Assembly: GCA_963676795.2 (NCBI GenBank)
Contig: CAXXTB010000001.1
Span: forward strand, 1,248,001-1,312,000
From: Geopsychrobacteraceae bacterium
GTDB taxonomy: Bacteria > Desulfobacterota > Desulfuromonadia > Desulfuromonadales > Geopsychrobacteraceae
DNA: 64,000 bases
Direction of reading: 5' to 3'
Shown here: in pieces, positions 50,507-64,000 of the stretch
How the letters are laid out: every line of letters starts with the position of its first letter
Numbering within the stretch: position 1 is the first letter of the stretch
Notes under the pieces: generated by a model
Told to the model about the DNA's origin: nothing
The model's input: the letters and a program-made list of their open reading frames with translations, nothing else
Databases searched by the model: none
Made by a program: the position numbers and the translations under genes

Positions 50507-50890
50507 ATGGCTGACGTAACTAAAGAGCAAATTGTAGAAGCTTTGAAAAACATGACCGTTCTCGAACTCTCCGAGTTTGTTAAGGAACTGGAAGAAATCT
50601 TCGGCGTTTCCGCAGCAGCCCCTGTTGCTGTTGCTGCTGCTCCGGCTGCTGGTGGCGAAGCTGCCGCTGCTGAGGAAAAAGACGAATTTGATGTTGTCCT
50701 GGCTTCCGCTGGCGACAAGAAAATCAACGTTATCAAGGTTGTTCGTGCACTGACCGGTCTGGGTCTGAAAGAAGCTAAAGACCTCGTCGACGGCGCACCT
50801 AACACCGTCAAGGAAGCTGCTTCCAAAGCAGAAGCTGAAGACATGAAGAAGCAGCTCGAAGAAGCTGGTGCTTCCGTGGAGCTGAAATAG
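50507..50890 (+). CDS. rplL: 50S ribosomal protein L7/L12
   Basis: [28 protein letters not shown] 50507 with GGAGG. Confidence 0.98.
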   Translation: MADVTKEQIVEALKNMTVLELSEFVKELEEIFGVSAAAPVAVAAAPAAGGEAAAAEEKDEFDVVLASAGDKKINVIKVVRALTGLGLKEAKDLVDGAPNTVKEAASKAEAEDMKKQLEEAGASVELK

Positions 50891-51109
50891 AGCGTTCCTT
50901 ACAGATAATGAAATTAGCCAAGGTCGCTTTTGTGGCCTTGGCTATTCTCGTTGTCAGCCCAGATTGATAGGGTATAGTTGTATATTGCGGTAAAGAATTG
51001 TCTTTGCCGCTCGAATTTGCGCCTCAACTGTTTATTGTAACGAGTTGACGTACTAGAGTGGTGTCTGCCAGGGCATAAGGCCCGAAGATCCTGACCCAAA
51101 GGAGAAAAC

Positions 51110-54100
51110 ATGGCGTATTCGTTTGCGAATAATCCGCTCCTCAGGAAGCACTTCGCAAAGGTTACGAATATCATTGATATTCCAAACCTGATCGATATCC
51201 AGAAAACATCTTATAAACGCTTTTTGCAGTCTGATATGCCTCTTTCCGAACGTAAATCGAGCGGTTTGGAAGGTGTCTTTCGGTCTGTATTTCCGATTCG
51301 TGATTTCAGTGATACCTGCTCGATGGAGTATGTATCCTACGAACTCGGTACTCCTAAGTATGACGTGGAAGAATGCCACCAGCGCGGAATGACCTTTGCT
51401 GCGCCGATCAAGGTCAAGGTACGCCTCGTAACTTGGGATGTCGACAAAGAGTCCGGTGCTCAGTCCATTCGGGACATCAAGGAACAGGAAGTCTATTTCG
51501 GTGAAATTCCGCTGATGACTGAAAACGGTACTTTTATCATTAACGGTACCGAACGTGTCATCGTCAGCCAGTTGCACCGTTCCCCTGGTGTTTTCTTTGC
51601 TCATGACAAGGGCAAGACGCATTCCAGCGGGAAAGTGCTCTACAGCGCAAGGATTATTCCTTATCGCGGATCCTGGCTCGATTTTGATTTCGATCACAAG
51701 GATCTGCTCTGGGTTCGCATCGATCGAAGACGTAAATTGCCAGCAACAGTTCTTCTCAAAGCCCTCGGTTATACGACTGAAGAACTGCTGAAATATTATT
51801 ACGATCTTGAAGAGATCACCTGGGATGGTAATGAATATATCAAGAAGATTAATTACGAGCATCTGACCGGCCAGCGTGCCAGCTCGGATGTCGTTTCGGC
51901 TTCTGGTGAAGTTATTGTCAAGGCCAACCGTAAGTTCACCCGCGCGGCTATCCGTAAGCTCAAAGAGGAAGCGATTGAGACAATCCCTGTCACTTTCGAA
52001 GAGCTGATCGGTAAGGTTGTTGCGACAGACATCATCGACGAAAATACCGGTGAGGTGCTGCTCGAGTGTAATGCCGAACTGACCGAGGGCAAGCTTGAAG
52101 AGCTCAAGGCCAAGGGAATCAATGATTTCAGTGTTCTGTTCATTGATCACCTGTATGTTGGTTCTTACCTGAGCGATACCCTGCGCAGTGACAAGGTTGA
52201 GACCGCAGAAGAGGCGATTATTGAAATCTTCCGGCGTCTGCGCCCGGGTGATCCGCCGACAGTTAAAACTGCGACAAGCCTGTTTGAGAGCCTTTTCTTT
52301 AGTCCTGAGCGCTACGATATCTCAGCCGTTGGTCGCCTCAAACTGAATCATAAGCTCGGCGTCAACAGCCCGCTCGAACAGCTGACCCTGACCCAGGAAG
52401 ATATCCTTCAGGTTGTCAGATACCTGATCGACCTGCGTAACGGTAAGGGGACAATTGACGATATCGATCACCTCGGTAACCGTCGCGTCCGTGCTGTCGG
52501 AGAGCTGCTTGAGAACCAGTACCGTGTCGGTCTGGTCCGTATGGAACGTGCCATCAAGGAGCGTATGAGCCTGCAGGACGTCGACAGCCTGATGCCACAC
52601 GACCTGATCAACTCCAAGCCTGTATCTGCAGTGGTCAAGGAGTTTTTCGGTTCATCGCAGCTGTCCCAGTTTATGGATCAGACCAACCCGCTGTCCGAGG
52701 TCACTCACAAGCGTCGTCTGTCTGCTCTTGGACCTGGTGGTCTGACCCGTGAGCGTGCCGGTTTTGAGGTTCGTGACGTCCATCCGACTCACTACGGTCG
52801 CGTCTGTCCGATCGAGACCCCTGAGGGGCCGAACATCGGTCTGATCGCTTCGTTGTCGACCTATGCGCGGATCAACGAATACGGTTTTGTCGAGACGCCG
52901 TACCGCGTTGTCAGCGAGGGTGTCGTCAGCGAGAATATCAAATACTTCTCAGCTCTTGAGGAGGAAGGTCATTCCATCGCTCAGGCTAATGCGCCTATCG
53001 ATGATGATGGAAAGTTCATCAACGAGCTGGTCAACGTCCGTAAAAACGGAGAATTCTTGCTGATGGCTCCGGAAGAAATCAGCCTGATGGACGTTTCTCC
53101 GAAGCAGATCGTTTCGGTCGCCGCAGCGCTGATACCTTTTCTGGAAAACGATGACGCCAACCGTGCGCTGATGGGTTCGAACATGCAGCGTCAGGCTGTT
53201 CCTCTGCTGCGTACCGATGCACCGCTGGTTGGTACCGGCATGGAGCGTGTTGTTGCTCATGATTCCGGCAACTCGGTCGTTGCTCGTCACGACGGCATTG
53301 TCGAGAGTGTCGATGCTGACCGCATCGTCATTCAGATCGACGACAAGGAAACCGATGATACCGGGACCGGTGTCGATATCTATAACCTGCTGAAGTTCAG
53401 CCGGTCGAACCAGAATACCTGTATCAACCAAAAGCCGATTGTTAAAGTCGGTGACCGGGTCAAGCGCGGCGATGTTGTTGCCGACGGTCCTTCGACCCAG
53501 TGGGGCGAGCTGGCTCTGGGGCAAAATATCCTGGTCGCATTCATGCCTTGGCATGGTTATAACTTCGAGGATTCGATCCTGATTTCCGAGAAGGTGGTTC
53601 AGGCCGACCGCTATACCTCGATTCACATCGAGGAGTTTGAGTGTGTTGCCCGTGACACCAAGCTTGGTAAGGAAGAGATCACCGACGATATTCCGAACCT
53701 GGGTGAAGACGCTCTTCGCGATCTCGACGAGTCGGGTATTATCCGTATCGGTGCCAGCGTCAAGCCGGGAGATATTCTCGTTGGTAAGATCACTCCGAAA
53801 GGTGAGACGCAGCTTTCTCCGGAAGAGAAGCTGTTGCGCGCCATCTTCGGTGAAAAGGCCGGTGACGTTCGCGATACTTCGCTGCGTGTACCGCCGGGTG
53901 AAGAGGGTGTCGTTATCGGTGCGCGTGTTTTCTCGCGCAAAGGCTCCGACAAGGATTCCCGTACCGAGCAGATCGAAGCACGGGAGATCGACAAGCTGAA
54001 GAAGGATCAGGAGGATGAGATCCGCATTCTGCGTAATTCGACTCGCAACAAGATCCGCTCGCTGCTGGTAGGTTTGACAGCAGCAGTCGATGTCGAAGGC

Positions 54101-55213
54101 CGAGATGGCAGTGCTGTGCTGGTCAAGAAGCAGGAGATCTCAGCTGAAGGGTTCGACAAGGTGCCTTTTGAGCGTATTGCGGAAATCTCCGTTGCCGGTG
54201 ACAGCGATGTTGAAGCCAAGGTCTCCAATCTGCTGGCCCGTCTGGCTGAGCGTGAAGAGCTGATCAGGGCGGTCTTCGAAGACAAGATCGAGAAGTGTAA
54301 ACGCGGTGATGATCTGCCTCCGGGCGTCATCAAGATGGTCAAGGTCTACATCGCCATCAAGCGCAAGCTGCAGGTCGGAGACAAAATGGCCGGTCGTCAC
54401 GGTAACAAGGGTGTTCTGTCACGTATCCTGCCGCAGGAGGATATGCCGTACATGGAAGACGGTACCCCTGTCGAGATCGTCCTGAATCCGCTTGGCGTTC
54501 CGTCGCGTATGAACGTCGGTCAGATCCTCGAGACCCACCTGGGTCTTGCTGCTCGTGGTCTGGGTAACCAGATCCGCAAGGTGATGGAAGAGCAGTACAG
54601 TGAATCGGCACTGAAGGAACAGATCAAGACGGCTTACAATGATCCTGAGCTTAACGCATTCATCGATGGTCTCGATGAGGAAGAAGTGAAGGTTCTGGCC
54701 CGTCGCCTGTTCATGGGTGTGCCGATGGCATCCCCGGTCTTTGAGGGCGTGCCCGAGGAGAAGATGAAGGCCGAGCTGGCTCGTGCCGGTTTCGATACCA
54801 GCGGCCAGATGACCCTGTATGACGGGAAGACGGGTGAAGCGTTCAAGGAAAAGGTCACCGTCGGAATCATGTATATCCTTAAACTGCACCACCTGGTCGA
54901 TGACAAGATCCACGCCCGTTCGATCGGTCCCTACAGTCTCGTCACCCAGCAGCCGCTTGGTGGTAAGGCGCAGTTCGGTGGTCAGCGACTGGGTGAGATG
55001 GAGGTCTGGGCCATGGAAGCCTACGGTGCGGCTCATGCCCTGCAGGAGTTCCTGACCGTCAAGTCGGATGACGTTGCCGGCCGGACCAGAATGTATGAAG
55101 CGATCGTCAAGGGTAAGCACACCCTTGAGGCCGGCCTGCCGGAGTCGTTCAACGTTCTGATCAAGGAACTTCAGGCCCTTTGTCTGGATGTTGATCTGCT
55201 GGAGGAGGACTGA
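51110..55213 (+). CDS. rpoB: RNA polymerase beta subunit
   Basis: [39 protein letters not shown]. Confidence 0.99.
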   Translation: MAYSFANNPLLRKHFAKVTNIIDIPNLIDIQKTSYKRFLQSDMPLSERKSSGLEGVFRSVFPIRDFSDTCSMEYVSYELGTPKYDVEECHQRGMTFAAPIKVKVRLVTWDVDKESGAQSIRDIKEQEVYFGEIPLMTENGTFIINGTERVIVSQLHRSPGVFFAHDKGKTHSSGKVLYSARIIPYRGSWLDFDFDHKDLLWVRIDRRRKLPATVLLKALGYTTEELLKYYYDLEEITWDGNEYIKKINYEHLTGQRASSDVVSASGEVIVKANRKFTRAAIRKLKEEAIETIPVTFEELIGKVVATDIIDENTGEVLLECNAELTEGKLEELKAKGINDFSVLFIDHLYVGSYLSDTLRSDKVETAEEAIIEIFRRLRPGDPPTVKTATSLFESLFFSPERYDISAVGRLKLNHKLGVNSPLEQLTLTQEDILQVVRYLIDLRNGKGTIDDIDHLGNRRVRAVGELLENQYRVGLVRMERAIKERMSLQDVDSLMPHDLINSKPVSAVVKEFFGSSQLSQFMDQTNPLSEVTHKRRLSALGPGGLTRERAGFEVRDVHPTHYGRVCPIETPEGPNIGLIASLSTYARINEYGFVETPYRVVSEGVVSENIKYFSALEEEGHSIAQANAPIDDDGKFINELVNVRKNGEFLLMAPEEISLMDVSPKQIVSVAAALIPFLENDDANRALMGSNMQRQAVPLLRTDAPLVGTGMERVVAHDSGNSVVARHDGIVESVDADRIVIQIDDKETDDTGTGVDIYNLLKFSRSNQNTCINQKPIVKVGDRVKRGDVVADGPSTQWGELALGQNILVAFMPWHGYNFEDSILISEKVVQADRYTSIHIEEFECVARDTKLGKEEITDDIPNLGEDALRDLDESGIIRIGASVKPGDILVGKITPKGETQLSPEEKLLRAIFGEKAGDVRDTSLRVPPGEEGVVIGARVFSRKGSDKDSRTEQIEAREIDKLKKDQEDEIRILRNSTRNKIRSLLVGLTAAVDVEGRDGSAVLVKKQEISAEGFDKVPFERIAEISVAGDSDVEAKVSNLLARLAEREELIRAVFEDKIEKCKRGDDLPPGVIKMVKVYIAIKRKLQVGDKMAGRHGNKGVLSRILPQEDMPYMEDGTPVEIVLNPLGVPSRMNVGQILETHLGLAARGLGNQIRKVMEEQYSESALKEQIKTAYNDPELNAFIDGLDEEEVKVLARRLFMGVPMASPVFEGVPEEKMKAELARAGFDTSGQMTLYDGKTGEAFKEKVTVGIMYILKLHHLVDDKIHARSIGPYSLVTQQPLGGKAQFGGQRLGEMEVWAMEAYGAAHALQEFLTVKSDDVAGRTRMYEAIVKGKHTLEAGLPESFNVLIKELQALCLDVDLLEED

Positions 55214-55294
55214 GCATTGCTCAGTCCCCCTTTCGTCTAGCAGCGCAGTATAAAAGTTTGACACTGAACACTCATCCTACAAGGAGGATGCGTT

Positions 55295-59449
<4,155 letters not shown>

Positions 59450-59455
59450 AAAGTT

Positions 59456-59484
59456 GAAGGCCCCGTTTCGGGGCCTTCTTCTTT
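59456..59484 (+). terminator. Intrinsic terminator after rpoC
   Basis: GAAGGCCCCG-TTT-CGGGGCCTTC-TTCTTT. Confidence 0.85.
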
Positions 59485-59618
59485 GTCTAAGTCCTAATAA
59501 TTTAGCGAAAAAAGGGCTTGACAAAGGAATGGCCGATTGATAATCTCTGCGGGTTTTTCCCCGCAGAATGGCTGCTGGTGCAGCGGTAACATAGTTTTAA
59601 GGATTTGGGAGAATCTAG

Positions 59619-59990
59619 ATGCCAACAATTAACCAATTGATTCGCAACGGACGCAAAAAGAAGGTTGTTAAGTCAACTGCTCCGGCGTTGAAATCATGCC
59701 CTCAGCGTCGCGGTGTATGTACCCGTGTTTATACAACAACTCCTAAGAAGCCGAACTCGGCTCTGCGGAAGGTTGCCCGTGTTCGTTTGACGAACGGCAT
59801 TGTTGTTACATCCTATATCCCTGGCGTAGGTCACAACCTGCAGGAGCACTCCGTTGTTCTGATTCGTGGTGGCCGGGTCAAAGACTTGCCAGGTGTTCGT
59901 TATCACATCGTTCGTGGGTCTCTTGACCTTGCGGGTGTAAAGAATCGTATGCAGGCCCGTTCTAAGTACGGCGCTAAGCGTCCGAAATAA
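59619..59990 (+). CDS. rpsL: 30S ribosomal protein S12
   Basis: [18 protein letters not shown]. Confidence 0.99.
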   Translation: MPTINQLIRNGRKKKVVKSTAPALKSCPQRRGVCTRVYTTTPKKPNSALRKVARVRLTNGIVVTSYIPGVGHNLQEHSVVLIRGGRVKDLPGVRYHIVRGSLDLAGVKNRMQARSKYGAKRPK

Positions 59991-60011
59991 ACAGGCTGAG
60001 AAGAGGTCGTT

Positions 60012-60482
60012 ATGCCAAGAAGAAGAGAAGTTCCTAAGCGGATCGTCCTGCCGGACCCGAAGTTTGGTGACCAGCTTGTTGCCAAGTTTGTAAACAGCGT
60101 CATGGTTGACGGTAAGAAGAGTACTGCTGAGCAGATTGTTTACGGTGCGTTTGATATCGTTGCGGAGCGTACTGGCCAGGATCCTTTGACCGTGTTCAAG
60201 ACTGCAATGGATAATATCCGTCCGGTTCTTGAGGTTAAGTCCCGTCGTGTCGGTGGTTCTACTTACCAGGTGCCGATTGAAGTTGCTCCGTCCCGTCGTA
60301 CTGCTTTGGCAATGCGTTGGTTGGTGACTTACTCCAGGGCACGCAGTGAGAAGACGATGCGTGAGCGCCTGGCGGGTGAGTTTATGGATGCATTCAATAA
60401 CCGTGGTGCGGCTGTCAAGAAGCGTGAAGACACTCACCGGATGGCTGAGGCCAACAAGGCCTTTGCTCATTACCGCTGGTAA
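60012..60482 (+). CDS. rpsG: 30S ribosomal protein S7
   Basis: [24 protein letters not shown]. Confidence 0.99.
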   Translation: MPRRREVPKRIVLPDPKFGDQLVAKFVNSVMVDGKKSTAEQIVYGAFDIVAERTGQDPLTVFKTAMDNIRPVLEVKSRRVGGSTYQVPIEVAPSRRTALAMRWLVTYSRARSEKTMRERLAGEFMDAFNNRGAAVKKREDTHRMAEANKAFAHYRW

Positions 60483-60511
60483 TCACTGCCGGATTTGTTC
60501 AGGAGAAAGAC

Positions 60512-62590
60512 GTGGCTCGCAAGATTGCATTAGATAAAACCCGTAATATCGGGATTATGGCTCACATCGATGCCGGTAAGACGACAACGACTGAGCGTAT
60601 TCTCTTCTATACCGGTGTTTCGCACAAGATCGGTGAAGTTCATGATGGTGCCGCTACCATGGACTGGATGGCTCAGGAGCAGGAGCGTGGTATTACCATC
60701 ACATCTGCTGCGACAACCTGTTTCTGGCAGGATCATCGTGTCAATATTATCGATACTCCGGGCCACGTTGACTTTACTATCGAAGTTGAGCGTTCGCTGA
60801 AGGTTCTTGATGGCGCTGTTGCTGTTTTCTGTTCGGTCGGTGGTGTTGAGCCTCAGTCCGAGACGGTTTGGCGTCAGGCAGACAAGTATCATGTTCCGCG
60901 GATCGCTTTTATTAATAAGATGGACCGCATCGGCGCCAACTTTCAGCGTGGCGTTGATATGATTCGTGAGCGCCTCGGCGCGAACCCTCTTCCGGTTCAG
61001 CTGCCGATCGGTGCTGAAGAAAACTTCCGCGGTCTGGTCGATCTCGTCACCCTGCAGGCGATTGTCTGGGATGATGAGTCGATGGGTGCTAAGTACGAGA
61101 TTATCGACATTCCTGCTGATATGGCTGATGATGTCGAGATGGCTCGTGAAGCCCTGCTTGAGGAGATCTCTTCCAACGACGAAGAGTTGATGGAAAAATA
61201 CCTCGGTGGTGAAGAGCTGACCGTCGATGAGATCAAGGCTGCTATTCGTAAGGGGACCCGTGACATCGCTTTCTGCCCGGTGCTCTGTGGTAGTGCGTTC
61301 AAGAATAAGGGTGTTCAGACCCTGCTTGATGCAGTCGTTGACTTTATGCCGTCGCCGATCGACGTTCCGCCGATCAAGGGGGTTGTTCCCGGGACGGAAG
61401 AGGAGATCGAGCGTCCGGCCGATGATAACGGTCCGTTTGCCGCTCTGGCATTCAAGATCATGACCGACCCCTTTGTCGGTTCGCTGACTTTCTTCCGTGT
61501 CTATTCTGGTGTTGCTGAGTCCGGTACTTCTGTCCTGAACTCGACCAAGGATAAGAAAGAGCGTCTCGGTCGTCTGCTCAAGATGCACGCCAATAAGCGT
61601 GAGGAGATCAAGCAGGTCTATGCCGGTGATATCGCTGCTGCGGTTGGTCTGAAATATACCACGACCGGTGACACTCTATGTGACGAGAACAAGCCTTCGC
61701 TGCTCGAATCGATGGAATTCCCAGAGCCTGTTATTCACCTCTCGGTTGAGCCTAAGACCAAAGGTGATCAGGAAAAGATGGGTGTCGCTCTGGGTAAGCT
61801 CCTCTCTGAGGACCCGTCGCTGCGTGTTCGTACTGATGAAGAGACTGGTCAAACCATTCTTTCCGGTATGGGCGAGCTGCATCTTGATATCATCGTTGAT
61901 CGTATGAAGCGTGAATTCAAGGTCGAGTGTAATGTTGGTGCTCCACAGGTTGCTTACCGTGAATCGATCACTAAGACCGTCGAGGTTCAGGGCAAGTTTG
62001 TTCGTCAGTCTGGTGGTCGTGGCCAGTATGGTGACTGTTGGCTGCGGATCTCGCCGGGTGAGCCTGGAGATGGCTTTACCTTTGTTGATGAGATCAAGGG
62101 TGGTGTCATTCCCCGTGAATACATTCCAGCGGTTGGTAAGGGTGCTGAAGAGGCTGCCGAGAACGGTGTTCTGGCCGGCTTCCCGATTGTTGACGTCAAG
62201 GTTGCCTGTTTTGATGGTTCCTATCATGATGTTGACTCTTCGGAGATGGCCTTTAAAATCGCCGGTTCGATGGGCTTTAAAGAGGGCGCCAGGAAGGCTG
62301 ATCCGGTTCTGCTCGAGCCTGTCATGGCTGTCGAAGTTGTCGTTCCAGAGGAGTATATGGGCGATGTCATCGGTGACCTGAATAGTCGTCGTGGTCGTAT
62401 TCAGGGTATGGAATCCCGCGGTGGTGCTCAGGTTGTCAATGCGCATGTTCCGTTGTCGAGCATGTTCGGTTATGCGACCGACCTGCGCAGCGCAACCCAG
62501 GGGCGTGCTACTTATTCAATGGTTTTCGATCACTATGAGCAGGTGCCTAAGGCTCTGAGTGAAGAAATTATCGCTAAGGTCAACGGATAG
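60512..62590 (+). CDS. fusA: Elongation factor G
   Basis: [23 protein letters not shown]. Confidence 0.99.
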   Translation: MARKIALDKTRNIGIMAHIDAGKTTTTERILFYTGVSHKIGEVHDGAATMDWMAQEQERGITITSAATTCFWQDHRVNIIDTPGHVDFTIEVERSLKVLDGAVAVFCSVGGVEPQSETVWRQADKYHVPRIAFINKMDRIGANFQRGVDMIRERLGANPLPVQLPIGAEENFRGLVDLVTLQAIVWDDESMGAKYEIIDIPADMADDVEMAREALLEEISSNDEELMEKYLGGEELTVDEIKAAIRKGTRDIAFCPVLCGSAFKNKGVQTLLDAVVDFMPSPIDVPPIKGVVPGTEEEIERPADDNGPFAALAFKIMTDPFVGSLTFFRVYSGVAESGTSVLNSTKDKKERLGRLLKMHANKREEIKQVYAGDIAAAVGLKYTTTGDTLCDENKPSLLESMEFPEPVIHLSVEPKTKGDQEKMGVALGKLLSEDPSLRVRTDEETGQTILSGMGELHLDIIVDRMKREFKVECNVGAPQVAYRESITKTVEVQGKFVRQSGGRGQYGDCWLRISPGEPGDGFTFVDEIKGGVIPREYIPAVGKGAEEAAENGVLAGFPIVDVKVACFDGSYHDVDSSEMAFKIAGSMGFKEGARKADPVLLEPVMAVEVVVPEEYMGDVIGDLNSRRGRIQGMESRGGAQVVNAHVPLSSMFGYATDLRSATQGRATYSMVFDHYEQVPKALSEEIIAKVNG

Positions 62591-62610
62591 GCCGAAAGGG
62601 AGTTTAAGAG

Positions 62611-63801
<1,191 letters not shown>

Positions 63802-63815
63802 GTAAGAGGTATACA

Positions 63816-64000
63816 ATGTCTACCCAAAAAATCAGAATTCGTTTGAAGGCCTATGATCACAGTCTGCTCGATCAGGCTGTTGCAGAGATTGTCGATACAA
63901 CCAAGCGCACCGGTTCTCGTCTGGTTGGTCCGATTCCGCTGCCGACTATCATCAACAAGTACTGCGTTCTGCGTGGTCCACACGTTGATAAGAAAAGTCG
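63816..64000 (+). CDS. rpsJ: 30S ribosomal protein S10 (5' part, truncated by window)
   Basis: [15 protein letters not shown]...GPIPLPT...[11 protein letters not shown]. Confidence 0.97.
   Translation, partial: MSTQKIRIRLKAYDHSLLDQAVAEIVDTTKRTGSRLVGPIPLPTIINKYCVLRGPHVDKKS

Overview
Bacterial chromosomal window. Gene content and order suggest an anaerobic Desulfuromonadia-type deltaproteobacterium (inference only). Positions 1-45.5 kb hold mixed housekeeping and accessory genes: an N-terminal TRAP DctP fragment, a membrane GGDEF-EAL protein followed by a PhnD-like binding protein, trkAH, rluD-pgeF, two receiver-domain proteins, speE-speA, proC, hcp, a cNMP-binding/AI-2E/inositol-monophosphatase operon, uvrC, malQ, yedF, a GntR-betA-betB-binding-protein operon, rlmD, ispG, a GTDC1-like glycosyltransferase, proS, pyrF and rlmB. 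Positions 45.6-64 kb are the core translation/transcription cluster: 4 tRNAs, tuf, rpmG, tRNA-Trp, secE, nusG, rplKAJL, rpoBC, rpsLG, fusA, a second tuf and the start of rpsJ. The most unusual locus is a cobalamin-riboswitch-controlled operon (33.1-36.9 kb). It encodes a divergent TrpD-like phosphoribosyltransferase, a 66-aa unknown protein and a zinc-dehydrogenase::CobT fusion, and is a candidate uncharacterised cobamide lower-ligand pathway. Also notable: a GTDC1/QTMAN-like gene between ispG and proS, two in-frame starts for hcp, a ~170-bp MITE-like hairpin, and an inverted pair of structured repeats with compensatory base changes. All calls come from reading the sequence and motifs; no database searches were run.
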